Assembly (NCBI RefSeq): GCF_001194135.2
Contig: NC_068985.1
Coordinates: 108,766,243-108,821,373 of the forward strand
DNA length: 55,131 nucleotides
Reading direction: 5' to 3'
Source of the DNA: Octopus bimaculoides
Taxonomy: Eukaryota
Positions 37,418 to 49,766 of the stretch are shown piece by piece (position 1 is the stretch's first letter; each line of letters starts with the position of its first letter). The position numbers were made by a program, and so were the translations under genes. The notes beneath the pieces were generated by a model. It searched no databases. It was not told where the DNA came from and saw only the letters and a list, made by a program, of their open reading frames with translations.

Positions 37418-37890
37418 CGTGAGTTTGTGTATGTGTGTGTGTGTGCGTGTATGTATGTGTGCGCATTTAATAGACGCTTGTGTACCCACAGATATATGTA
37501 TGCGTGAATACACATACACGCGCACACACATCCACACACCCGCACAGACATGCACACCCACGCACACACACACACGNNNNNNNNNNTATATATATATATA
37601 TATATATATACATATACATATTGTGTATGATTTGTCTTTTCGTGCCATGTACTGGCGTGTGTGCATGCTTGTTTGTGCGCGTGTGTACTGAGTGTACATA
37701 CGAATGAGGATGTGAGTGAGGACATTAAAAGTACATTTAAACTAGTTCGCCAGAGATATCTATTAGGTTCTTTTGAAATTGTCATCGCTCCAATTAAATG
37801 CTGAATCATTACCGGTGTCTCATACTTCTGTACCAGTATTGTAAAGAGTACGCTGAGGACATTTGGCAATCATGTATAATTTTCAACGGC

Positions 37891-37898
37891 TATATATA
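37891..37898 (+). promoter_or_regulatory. Putative TATA box of gene B
   Basis: TATATATA 135 nt upstream of the ATG, positionally equivalent to the gene A TATA. Confidence 0.6.
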
Positions 37899-38025
37899 CT
37901 CGATGGCTGGTCGAAATCTCAGTAACCAGTTAGCCATCTACACAGCTAGAAGTCAACTGTTATAACTCAGGTCTTTCCCTGTACAGAGTTACGTTACACT
38001 CTTCAACAACAACCAACAACAAAAC

Positions 38026-38158
38026 ATGCCTTCCTATACTCTCCACTACTTCAACCATCGTGGCCGTGCTGAGATCTGTCGCATGCTGTTTGCAGCGGCT
38101 GGTGTCCAGTACAATGATCGCAGGATCGAATCATCCGAATGGAACAACATGAGAAGCC
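38026..38158 (+). CDS. S-crystallin gene B, coding exon 1
   Basis: [44 protein letters not shown] plus C, donor GTAAGA at 38159. Confidence 0.97.
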
Positions 38159-38257
38159 GTAAGAATAATTCTACTTATTTATCATTATCATCATCACCAT
38201 CATCAATGTCATTATTACTATTACTATTATTATCATCATTATTATTATTATCATTAT

Positions 38258-38496
38258 TAAGGTGGTGAGCTGACAAAATTGCTAGCAGGACGGGGAGAAT
38301 GCTTGGCATCATGTTACTCGTCTTCATGTTCCAAGTTCAATTGGCACCGAATTCGAATTTGCCTTTTACCCATTGGGGTCGATAAAATAAGTCCCATTTG
38401 AACAATGAAGTCGATGTAATCGACACATTCCTTCCCCACAAATGGCTGCCTTTATAGACAAATTTTAAACCATTATTATTATAATTATTATTATTA

Positions 38497-38560
<64 letters not shown>

Positions 38561-38800
38561 TACTACTACTACTACTACTACTTTAAGGCGGTGAGCTGGC
38601 AGAATTGTTAGCACGCCGAGTGAAATGCTTATCGGTATTTCGCCTGCCACTACGTTCTGAGTTCAAATTCCACCGAGGTCGCCTTTGCCTTTCATCCTTC
38701 GGTGTCGATAATAAAGTACTAGCTGAGTACTGGGGTCTATATGATCTACAATCCACCTCCCACAAAATCCAGGCGTTTTGTGCCTAGTTTAGGAAAGATT
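38258..38800 (+). mobile_element. Two SINE family B copies in gene B intron 1 (about 38258-38460 and 38586-38800), separated by (ATT)n/(ACT)n
   Basis: Both start AAGG(T/C)GGTGAGCTG and have a B-box-like GTTCAA(A)TT. Further decayed sense copies at about 39045-39245, 40365-40570, 41820-42025 and 50340-50500. Confidence 0.8.
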
Positions 38801-40795
38801 ATAATTATTATTACTTTTATAAAGGCAATATAGTGTCAGAGAAGCGAGAAGGCTGGAAAACTATTTTCTAGCTTGTGTTTCGGCTTTTGGCGTTTTTACT
38901 TCAAATACCGCAAAGTTCAACTTTGTTTTTAATGTCTTTAATGTTGATAAAAGGGAGAGCAAATGAAGTGCTGCGTCAGTAGTACCGATCGGACATTCAT
39001 CCTAAAAACTGCTCTCCTTCTGCCAAAGTTAGAAACCATGAATGGCGCTCTGACGGAATCGTTAGCGCTTCGGACAAATTGCTAAGCTGATTGTTTTGTG
39101 GCTCCATCCGCTCTGAGTTCAAATCCTATTAAAATGAACTTTGTGTTTTCCTTGGTTGGACTCGCCAAAATAAAGAACTCGTCACGTACTGCGTTCGACG
39201 CGATCAACTAACGTCTTCCATCAAAATTGCTGACCCTCTGCTAGAAACCACTATAACGGTGTGAGCTTGTAAAATCGATAGAACATCGGTAAAAATACTT
39301 TGTAGTATTGGTATCGGTATTTGGAATCCCATCGAGGACCACTTTGTTTTTAAATTCATGATGAATTCGATAAGATTATGCCCCTTTAAATACTGTAGCC
39401 GATGGAATCAAGACCCCGAAAAGCTCCTGCCTCGTGCCTTATTTAGAAACTATTATAAGAATTCTCATTTCATCGATTACAAAAGAGAAGAGTCGGAAAT
39501 ATTGCATTGCAGTCTATAGTTACCTCCCTTTACATTCTGATTTTGATTTGAAACATTTCAGTGTCAACTTCTCGTTTCATACCGCTGTGTCTTACAAAAT
39601 GTAATACCAGTCAAATACCGGAGTCTATTGAGTCGACACCAGTACTTGATTGATATTACAGAATTCACTTTCAATAGCGTTGTTTCATACCATCGTTAGA
39701 ACGATGGAAAAACTGATTGCTGTATGTAGCTACGCGTCCTTATTTCTGCGTTCGTATATTTTTAAGGTTACTTATTTATTTAATTTATCAGGTATCAATA
39801 CAATACATATGTATATTAAATTGGGATATAATTAACTATCCCCTCTATAAAGAATTTGCCATAAACATTTTGCAATTCCGGACCAATTCTGTATTTTCTG
39901 GCTTTCTAGAGACAGTCCTAATATATACATAAAATATAAAATAAATCATAAAAAGTAAAGACCTAAATTGCATTTAACTGATTCAAATTAATACATTTCC
40001 AAAGCAGAGTTTGTTTGATATTTATCAATCCACATAACATTCTTAAAATATATCATACTGTGTACCATATATACTGGATAAAGTTTTTTGGAAGGGCATT
40101 AAACAAAGAAAAACAGTATTTATTTAACAGACATACAAGGAAAATAATGCACCACTAAAGTAGAGTACGTTTAATCCTTGTCAATTCTGTTAAAAGGTAA
40201 ATAACAAAAGTATTTATAGCATATATCATGTTATTGTACATTATTCCCGAGTTTCAGGCAACCGGATAAGTGGTCCGGTACTCTATATATGAAGGAATTA
40301 CAGAAAATTATACCCTGTAAAATCTCGCGTTGAAATTCTAATAATTATCAGTCATTGTTAGACGATAAGCTGAAAGAATCGTTTGTGCTAGGACAAAATG
40401 CTTGGTGGTATTTTTTTTCCAGTCCAGTACGTTCTGAGTTCAAATTCCTCCGATGTCAACTTTGTCATCCATGCGTACGCTTTTGATATAATAACGTCAG
40501 GTATTGGGGTGGATATAATCAACTTGCCCCCTCTCCTCAAAATTGGTGGCTTTGTGCGAAAACTTTGAAAGACTTATCATTATTCAGTATAATGAATGTC
40601 AGAATTACAGTTAAGTACAGTAATTAATTCTCAGTTGAAATCTGATTGGTGTGATTTTAAATTTCATCCTTCCATTATTGATACAGAAAAATATTTTTCA
40701 ATTAATTAATCAAATCAATGTAATTGATTTTATTGATTCCAATTAATAGCAACCAATGTAAAAATAAAACAATTATTTTCGCTGTTTCTTTGCAG

Positions 40796-40891
40796 AGATG
40801 CCTTGCTCCATGATGCCAATGCTGGAATTGGACAACAGGACCCAGATTCCCCAGAGCATGGCAATGGCCAGGTATTTGGCCAGGGAATTCG
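40796..40891 (+). CDS. S-crystallin gene B, exon 2
   Basis: Acceptor TTTCTTTGCAG, then (Q)[31 protein letters not shown](G), donor GTAAGA at 40892. Confidence 0.97.
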
Positions 40892-41559
40892 GTAAGAATA
40901 ATTCCATGTTGCATGCAGATTTTAAAAGCTAAAGTCAATCGTTTAGAAATATATATATGATCTATTACACTCATATACACCTACAATTTTCGTATGTATA
41001 TCCACAGATTTGTATATACTTACCGCTATCTCCTAGAAGTACGTCATCATCAAAAATATACAAAGCCCAGTATACCCATAATAGCTACCCGTCTGATAAG
41101 GGTACACCCGGCACATGCATCACAACCATATGTGCGCCACATGGTGATCTCATATCAAGATAAACAGCACATGACCTTACAGGTGGGGCCCAGTTAGAAT
41201 TTTCTTCGGGTCGAGTAGCCTATCCTGCTCAAAAGGTCCCTGAATAAGGGTTGTTTCAGGATGTTGAATGAAACACCCATGTTTCCAGGGGTGAATTATT
41301 CCAAACCCCAAAGAATTCCTCTCAACACATGGCTATGATGCTCCCGCACTACTTCTGCTCATGATCAGAGATGCACATATCGTCAGCCACCAAGGGACAT
41401 GCTCAACTGGTTAAGGTCAAACAATTGACAAGCAAATCTGTGGTATTAAGCAGAATATTTGCTGTAGCCCATCTTTTATACCAAAACAAAACAGTACACG
41501 ATAACACTTCCAATCAATTAAGATCTGAAGCCATGAGAGCCACTGCCTGGTACTGCTTC

Positions 41560-41566
41560 AATTATT

Positions 41567-41652
<86 letters not shown>
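41560..41652. repeat. (ATT)n microsatellite, one of many AAT/ATT, CA/TG, TA and TACA tracts in the window
   Basis: Direct reading. Confidence 0.95.
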
Positions 41653-41653
<1 letters not shown>

Positions 41654-41783
41654 TTATGTTTGACTTTTGTTTTGCATTTGTACAAGTTGGATCCAAGTCT
41701 CACCCAGAGACCTCAAGAGACAAGTTAGATGTTCATGTAGGTGTTATGCTTAGGGTACCATATATTTGGATTTGTACATACCA

Positions 41784-41817
<34 letters not shown>

Positions 41818-42061
41818 AACGCTGGCAGAACCGTCAGTACGTTGGGCAACATGCATTGTAACATTTCTTTTAATGCTACATTCGCCGTTCGAAAAGCCAG
41901 TGAGGTCGATTTTACGTTTTATCCTTTCAAAGTCGATAAAAGAAAAATCATTTTAGCACTGGGGATGACATAAACAAGACACTTTTCCCGCCCCCATAAA
42001 ATTTCAGGTACTCTGCCTATTTTATAAAAGGTTATTTTTTATTATCACCATATTTCTATAG

Positions 42062-42177
42062 GTTTCCATGGTAGAAACAATATGGAGATGGCCAGAGTTG
42101 ACTTCATCTCAGACTGCTTCTATGATATCTTGGACGACTACATGAGAATGTACCAAGATGGTAACTACAGAATGATG
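42062..42177 (+). CDS. S-crystallin gene B, exon 3
   Basis: Acceptor TTTCTATAG, then (G)[38 protein letters not shown], donor GTAAGC at 42178. Confidence 0.97.
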
Positions 42178-42347
42178 GTAAGCATTGAATACTTTTAGAA
42201 TTGTCATTCTAAGATATAGAGTCACGATGTCTAAAAATGTAGTGATAATAATGTGTTAGTTTATTGGCTAAATAGTCAACAGATTGTAGCTAAACGTGAA
42301 CATACATACGCACATACGCGCGCACACACACAGTAATATATATACAT

Positions 42348-42411
<64 letters not shown>

Positions 42412-43905
42412 ATATATACAGGAAAGACATACATACACACATATATATACACACATATATATATATATATGCATATACATGCTTGTGCATACAAGTTCAT
42501 ATATTAATACACTCAGACAGACATATATGTGTATGTATATACACATAGCTCTTGATTCTAAGCAGCGGAAACACTACATAATGCACGAATGATCAGTTAG
42601 ATATTGATTCATCTCATGAGAGACTTGCAACGGAGATAAAATTTCTAAAAGTGGATCTGTTTTACTGACTATAAGAAATACATATTAATTACGAATAAAA
42701 AAAGGGAACAGATGGTCATTTAGTGTGCAATGTGTAGGGTTGCTAACCAGACATTCCAGAAGAAATTCTGTTTTACTGGCTTTCGGTAAAAAAGCAGAAA
42801 AATAATAAACTATAGGCTTATTCATGTAGGTTGTGTAGAGTTGAAAACCCGACTCTCCAAATGGGATTCTATATTTCTGAAGAGCAGAAATACATCCCAA
42901 TTATCAATAATTGACAGTAAAATATTGGTGTAGAAAATGGAGATTTGGTGTCGGCTCTGTAGCGTTGAAAACAAGACTTTCCAAAATTGCTTTTGTTTTT
43001 TTTTTCCTTTATCTTTTCCTTTATTTTTGTTGACCACTATAAACACATCTTTGTTATTAATAGCAGTAATCTTTTAAAAAAATCAGTGTTACTTTATATG
43101 GCCTGTGTAGGGTTTCAATTAAACATTCCAGCAATGTATGCATGTTGTTGCTGTCGAGCGATATAAAACAAACGATCAGCAATGAACTATTTGTTTTCAA
43201 TAGTTATCTGTGTATCTTGCTCAATTATTAAATTGATAAATTATGCGCAATGTCAGTCACGACATTTCATGTTAACTTGCATTTTATCTTCGTAATTAAT
43301 CTAAATTTGGACTCATCAAATTTTCATCTTGTGTACAGTATTTTGGTAGCTTATAATTAGAGATTCGCTGCATTATAATTATATATCACTAATTTATTAT
43401 TTAATTAACTAATTAATTCAACTTATATATATATATACATATACACATATAAACATTCAGGCAAAGTATCTTGATGTAAAATACAACTGAAATAAGATAT
43501 TTGTATTTTCTAACTGACAACGGAAATTATTATATTCAATTTTTTATCAGTGTTTACGGAAATATTTCAAATCAACACTGAAACAGCAAACAATGCCCAA
43601 AACTTGCACCGGAATTATCAAAAGCGTTTTTGTTGATTTTGAGAAAATGCTTTTGCTATTGTAACCAGAATAAGCACGAAACTTCTTAGCTGCACTTACT
43701 CAATGAAGAATTTATTTTCTTTAGGAATAATCGAAACTTACATAAACACTGACTTTACTCGAATAACCACGTCGCTGTATACATACATATGTACATACAT
43801 ACATACATACATACATACATACATACATACATACATACATACATACACGGTGGTGCACCAGCATGACCGCAGCCACTTGGCTGAAACACATAAATAAATA
43901 AATAT

Positions 43906-43940
<35 letters not shown>

Positions 43941-44856
43941 NNNNNNNNNNNNNNNNNNNNNNNNNNNNNNNNNNNNNNNNNNNNNNNNNNNNNNNNNNNN
44001 NNNNNNNNNNNNNNNNNNNNNNNNNNNNNNNNNNNNNNNNNNNNNNNNNNNNNNNNNNNNNNNNNNNNNNNNNNNNNNNNNNNNNNNNNNNNNNNNNNNN
44101 NNNNNNNNNNNNNNNNNNNNNNNNNNNNNNNNNNNNNNNNNNNNNNNNNNNNNNNNNNNNNNNNNNNNNNNNNNNNNNNNNNNNNNTTATCAGTGCAGCA
44201 GAATGGTGTTGTTCTAAAGTGTGAAATCCCTTCAAAGACATGTTTTAAAATACGATATACTTCAGTATGTATGTATGTAAGTATGTATGAATGTATGTAT
44301 GTAAGTGACTGTATATTTTAAACGGAATTGTATATTGAAATATTTGAGAGCATCGACCCAAAATAGATTTTATTGTGCGTTGTAAGATTAGATGCAACTA
44401 CCCTTTCATGTTTCTTATGCCAAAAGACCAGTTTAATCAGTTGATATGATATTAAATTTAAACTTCCTCTATGAGGAAATATTCCATCATTAATTAGCAC
44501 ACTTTTACCATGCAACCATATTTCACACTACTATTTGAAATTACAGGTTTATTAAAGACGTACAGCCTGAGAGTGTTGCGTGTTGCCATATCTTTCGAAC
44601 GACAAAATAAATAAATACATAAAAAATTTAAATATTTCTTATCAGAAATGTATAATTTACAAGACTGCCTCCAGAAATTCAAATATCAGAGCCCCTTGCG
44701 GAAGGCAATACCTATTTCGTGAATCACTGGCTTCAGATTGTAAGACTAGTGGTTTTGATTAATACTTATAAAGAAATTCACAAAGCACAACTTACAATCT
44801 AATCAAGATCACCTCACATGTATATATATATATATATATATATATANNNNNNNNNN

Positions 44857-44896
<40 letters not shown>

Positions 44897-46059
44897 CTTA
44901 GACATACATACGAGCATATATTTATATATAAAATGACTAAATGAATAGATATTTGAAAATATTTATATAGATATTCTTATTAATTATTATCATTAGTAAA
45001 ATGAATAACAACAATAATATATGTAGCCAACAAGCAAAAGCCAATAAATGGCAAATCCTAAATTTTATAATTAATTTAAAATCATAATAAGACACACGTG
45101 GTACAAGCATTCTTGTGAAAATCAGATTCGAAAAATTCTTCTAGAAAACCACTAATCACTGGAAAAATAACAAGTACAACAGGAACAGTGCTACGAGTAA
45201 AGAAATTAACTTAGCATCTCGGCAGAAAGCCGTAGAATGAGGAAATAGATATTTCTGGATCAACTGATTTCAAATTTTGAAAGCTTATCTCCCTTAATTC
45301 TCATCAGCAGGTCTCACTATCTACCTCATTAATCGGTATATTCTTACTACCTCTGAAGATATTTATCTTATAATGATTTTAATTTTATAAATTAATTATT
45401 TAAAGAATACTGAATCAAAACAGCTGCGCGAGACGTTGTCATATTTCACAATTAATAAATAATTTTATTAATTACCTCTAAATTTTCTCCTTATCCGTTA
45501 CACACACACACACACACACTGACACACATATATATATATATGTGTGTGTGTGTGTGTATATATATGTATATATATATATATATATATATNNNNNNNNNNN
45601 NNNNNNNNNNNNNNNNNNNNNNNNNNNNNNNNNNNNNNNNNNNNNNNNNNNNNNNNNNNNNNNNNNNNNNNNNNNNNNNNNNNNNNNNNNNNNNNNNNNN
45701 NNNNNNNNNNNNNNNNNNNNNNNNNNNNNNNNNNNNNNNNNNNNNNNNNNNNNNNNNNNNNNNNNNNNNNNNNNNNNNNNNNNNNNNNNNNNNNNNNNNN
45801 NNNNNNNNNNNNNNNNNNNNNNNNNNNNNNNNNNNNNNNNNNNNNNNNNNNNNNNNNNNNNNNNNNNNNNNNNNNNNNNNNNNNNNNNNNNNNNNNNNNN
45901 NNNNNNNNNNNNNNNNNNNNNNNNNNNNNNNNNNNNNNNNNNNNNNNNNNNNNNNNNNNNNNNGATGGTTGTACATTTATAGATTTTATTAATATGTCAC
46001 ATGTTTTTATAAATCATATATTAGCCCTTGCATCTACTCTAACAGATTCTTCAGATTTG

Positions 46060-46096
<37 letters not shown>

Positions 46097-46531
46097 ATAT
46101 ATGCAGAAACACATGGTGTCCGTATATATTTATAACCTTGTCTCATTGAAATATTTGACGATATGTCAAGTGAGCGATCAAGTGTTTTTACGGCTTTTTC
46201 TATAAGCTTTGAATATGTTTGTATGTGTGTATGTATGTGTGAGTGTATGTGTGTATATGTGTGTGCATATATGTGTGAGGGTGTTGAGTTCGCTCACGTG
46301 CTCATAAGTATGTGTATGTACACTGTGTAATTCCATATTTCGCCCGAAATTCTTGACCCTTGTGTCAGTAAAGTAGCTTCGCGTTTTCCATACACTACAA
46401 GTATTATTATAAATATAAATACTATTATAAATATTCTGTATATTTTTATCCTTTATATGAACAATCATAGTAATGCATATATGTATGTATGTGTGTGTAT
46501 CACATCATTTCTATATTATTTTCTGTTTCAG

Positions 46532-46561
46532 TTTCAGAGATCAAGAGACATGAATACCTCA
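46532..46561 (+). CDS. S-crystallin gene B, exon 4 (30-nt loop microexon)
   Basis: TTTTCTGTTTCAG|TTT CAG AGA TCA AGA GAC ATG AAT ACC TCA|GTAAGT = FQRSRDMNTS. Confidence 0.93.
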
Positions 46562-46669
46562 GTAAGTACGCTAATATTCTACTTTGTACACCAGCCCTTC
46601 GTTTGCAGGAAGAGACTCGCATGATTTGGTTCGTCAGTAATATCAGTTTGAAATTATGAAACAAAGGAA

Positions 46670-46846
46670 CAGGTTCGAGGGAGGGACATGCCGAATCGAG
46701 TACCTAACTGGTACCTATTTTGTCAACCCCGAAGGGGTGAGAGGTGAAATGGACCTCCGCGTAATTTGAACTCCAAACGTACGGACGGTCAAATGCCACT
46801 AAGGATTTTTCCCGGCGTGCTAAAATTTCCACTAGCTTTCCGCCTT
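46670..46846 (-). mobile_element. SINE family B, antisense copy in gene B intron 4
   Basis: Plus strand reads ...AATTTGAACTC...CCCGGCGTGCTAA...CCGCCTT, the reverse complement of the B head. Confidence 0.7.
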
Positions 46847-48597
46847 GCTCGTCACTAATATTGATACGAATTGTTCTGGAATAATTCACATTTAAGTGCG
46901 TACTATTCTGAACTGCATTCAGCCGATACAATTCCAACTACTTCTACGGCTGATTTGCTTGTACGGCTGATAACTCACTTATCTACTAATAAATATATAT
47001 ATATTAAAGTTTTTTTTATGTTCAGTTATTATAAAAACAATTTTACATTAATTTGAAGGGTTACTCTATACTTTCCTAGAGTAGAAATTTATTTCTAAGC
47101 AAAAATATCATTAGCAGTGACTTAGAATTTTCTGCCAGTTAACCTTTCGTCGAACAACAGTCCAACAATGGCTTATCTAGCCGAAACTTTGAAGTCTCTG
47201 TCAACAATATTCTTTTTAAAGATCATATGTATATACCTCCTTTGGCAGTTATATATACTTACCAAGTAGTTGTATATTTCCTATATATTTTTTCTTATTG
47301 GTTAATTTCTGTTGTTTATTTTAAATATATAGTTACATCATAATATATATGTCAATCCCTTGAAGAGTTCATAACTGGTTAATCGTTCCAGTATTTACTG
47401 TAACCTAATTGAATATAATGTCCTTTAGAAATTATTTTTGACATAATATAACCTCATGGTTAACTGAGTACCAAGTGGTTGGGAAAACAAAAACTCTTGC
47501 AGATAATGAGTGCATGAAAGCTAAGGGTCTGTTTTGTCATTCGCCTCATATATTTAGCTACCTTTTTGCTAAGTGGATTTCAGTATTTAATATCTCTGTC
47601 TCCTTTCCTTAAAATCTTTCTATTTAGGCAAGAGAAGGAGAAAATTTGGGGTAGAGGTATAAGTTTGGTTCTCGAAACTACGCTTATGTGACAGAAATAC
47701 GAAATATATTGAGAGAAGCATGACGCACATTGTGTCCTGTGTTTTATTTACCTCTTTAGATGTAAGCACATATAAAATAAGCGTGCACAGAAAGTGTTGA
47801 ATATTAACGCTAGTGCTTTATCATATAAGAGGACTGAAAATTTTAATCAAGATCTCACTTTGCTTAATTGTCTATCAGATATAGGCAATAACATATTACT
47901 TGCGAATTATACCGTTCATAGCTACGGTAATATTTATGAAGGGTGCTGAAGTCTTCCTGCTTTTATGGGTGTCGAGAAAGGCCTAGTTGCAGGCCCAAAC
48001 TTCGAAGTTCATTAACAGGGCTAAGAAAAACTTAAGGACCGATACAATAGATGCATGAATCTGAGAGAGTATTATGTTGAATAATATCATAATTGACAGA
48101 TCCTCCTGTATTTTCTTATACCCAATTACAGGAACTTTTCAGCACATCTTCGTATATTACATAAATCATTTTGACTAAACCCAGTGTTTTGTATGCATTA
48201 ATAAGATTATATATAGATATTTCATCCATAATAATTATATCTAATTCTGATAGTTTCCTTCACACATTACCTATTACAACATGTGGATGAGAAAATAAAT
48301 CGATATACCGGATAGACAAAGTAATCCACTTGAACATTTCTTTCTTTCGATTTGTCTCGTTTCTTTCTTTCATTTCATTTCTTTCTTCCTTTCTCTCATT
48401 TCGTTTCCTACCTTCCTTTCTTAATTTCTTTCATTTCATTTCTTTTCTTCCTTTCCATTCTTAATTTCGTTCGTTCGTTCGTTCGTTCCTTCGTTCATTC
48501 CTTCCTTCCTCCCGCCCTATTTCTTTTTACTTTTCTTTCTTTCTTATTTTCTTTCTTTCTTTCTTATTTTCTTTCTGATTTTCTTATTTTATTATAG

Positions 48598-48705
48598 TCT
48601 GAACAACGAATGAGATACAGGGAGACCTGCCGCAGAATTCTTCCCTTCATGGAAAGGACATTGGATATGCACAATGGCGGCAGCCAATTCTTCTTGGGAG
48701 ATCAG
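48598..48705 (+). CDS. S-crystallin gene B, exon 5
   Basis: Long pyrimidine tract ending ATTATAG, then [36 protein letters not shown], donor GTAAGT at 48706. Confidence 0.97.
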
Positions 48706-49290
48706 GTAAGTAAAAATTAGTTTAGAAATATTTTTCCCGGGCAAAACCAAGGCAGCATATCTATCTAATATGTATACACATTTAGTAGGATACGCAGATG
48801 GCTATTTAAATTTAATGTTATTTCAATTACGTTCAACGAATTTTTTACAACTCGGGAAGCATTCAAGAAAACCAGTGGGTGTATTATTAACTGATTTTCA
48901 TAGCTACACATTATTCACACACACACACACACATACACACACACATACACACACATGCATATATATATATATGTCTGTGTGNNNNNNNNNNNNNNNNNNN
49001 NNNNNNNNNNNNNNNNNNNNNNNNNNNNNNNNNNNNNNNNNNNNNNNNNNNNNNNNNNNNNNNNNNNNNNNNNNNNNNNNNNNNNNNNNNNNNNNNNNNN
49101 NNNNNNNNNNNNNNNNNNNNNNNNNNNNNNNNNNNNNNNNNNNNNNNNNNNNNNNNNNNNNNNNNNNNNNNNNNNNNNNNNNNNNNNNNNNNNNNNNNNN
49201 NNNNNNNNNNNNNNNNNNNNNNNNNNNNNNNNNNNNNNNNNNNNNNNNNNNNNNNNNNNNNNNNNNNNNNNNNNNNNNNNNNNNNNNNNN

Positions 49291-49324
<34 letters not shown>

Positions 49325-49380
49325 TCACTTTACTTACATATATATAGATAGATATGTATTTTTGTATCGCACTTTTTCAG

Positions 49381-49545
49381 ATGACCATGGCTGATATGAT
49401 GTGCTACTGCGCTCTTGAAAACCCATTGATGGATGAACCATCCATGCTCACCAGCTACCCCAAACTGATGGCACTGAGGAACCGTGTTATGAATCACTCT
49501 AAGATGTCCAACTACCTGAAGAGACGCTGCCGTACCGACTTCTAA
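49381..49545 (+). CDS. S-crystallin gene B, exon 6 (terminal; spliced protein 215 aa)
   Basis: Acceptor ACTTTTTCAG, then [54 protein letters not shown] and TAA. Confidence 0.97.
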   Translation: MTMADMMCYCALENPLMDEPSMLTSYPKLMALRNRVMNHSKMSNYLKRRCRTDF

Positions 49546-49760
49546 GTTGAAGGCGCTCTGTCTGGACCCTAAACACAACTATATCAAAGAATGGAACTGA
49601 AGATTTTCGATATTCTTAAGACTGACGCCAACTGCACAGATACCCATACATAAATATATATATACAAATATGTGTATGTTTTCATATACTTTATATAGAT
49701 ATATAAAACAGTATTGGAAAGTATATTACAAAAAAATCTAAACGTTTGAACTTTATTTAA

Positions 49761-49766
49761 AATAAA
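49761..49766 (+). terminator. Putative polyadenylation signal of gene B (second AATAAA at 49827-49832)
   Basis: AATAAA about 215 nt after the stop codon, a spacing similar to gene A. Confidence 0.55.

Noticed and set aside
30513-37422. Long ORFs (230-407 aa) in the ORF track, and similar ones at 43738-46149 and 48770-49351
   Set aside because: They are open only because they run through N gaps and TA/CA repeats that lack stop codons.
36199-37422. Possible third S-crystallin gene suggested by [15 protein letters not shown] in this ORF
   Set aside because: Only 79 bp match; there is no ATG, donor site or downstream exon set of its own. Reported as an orphan fragment instead.
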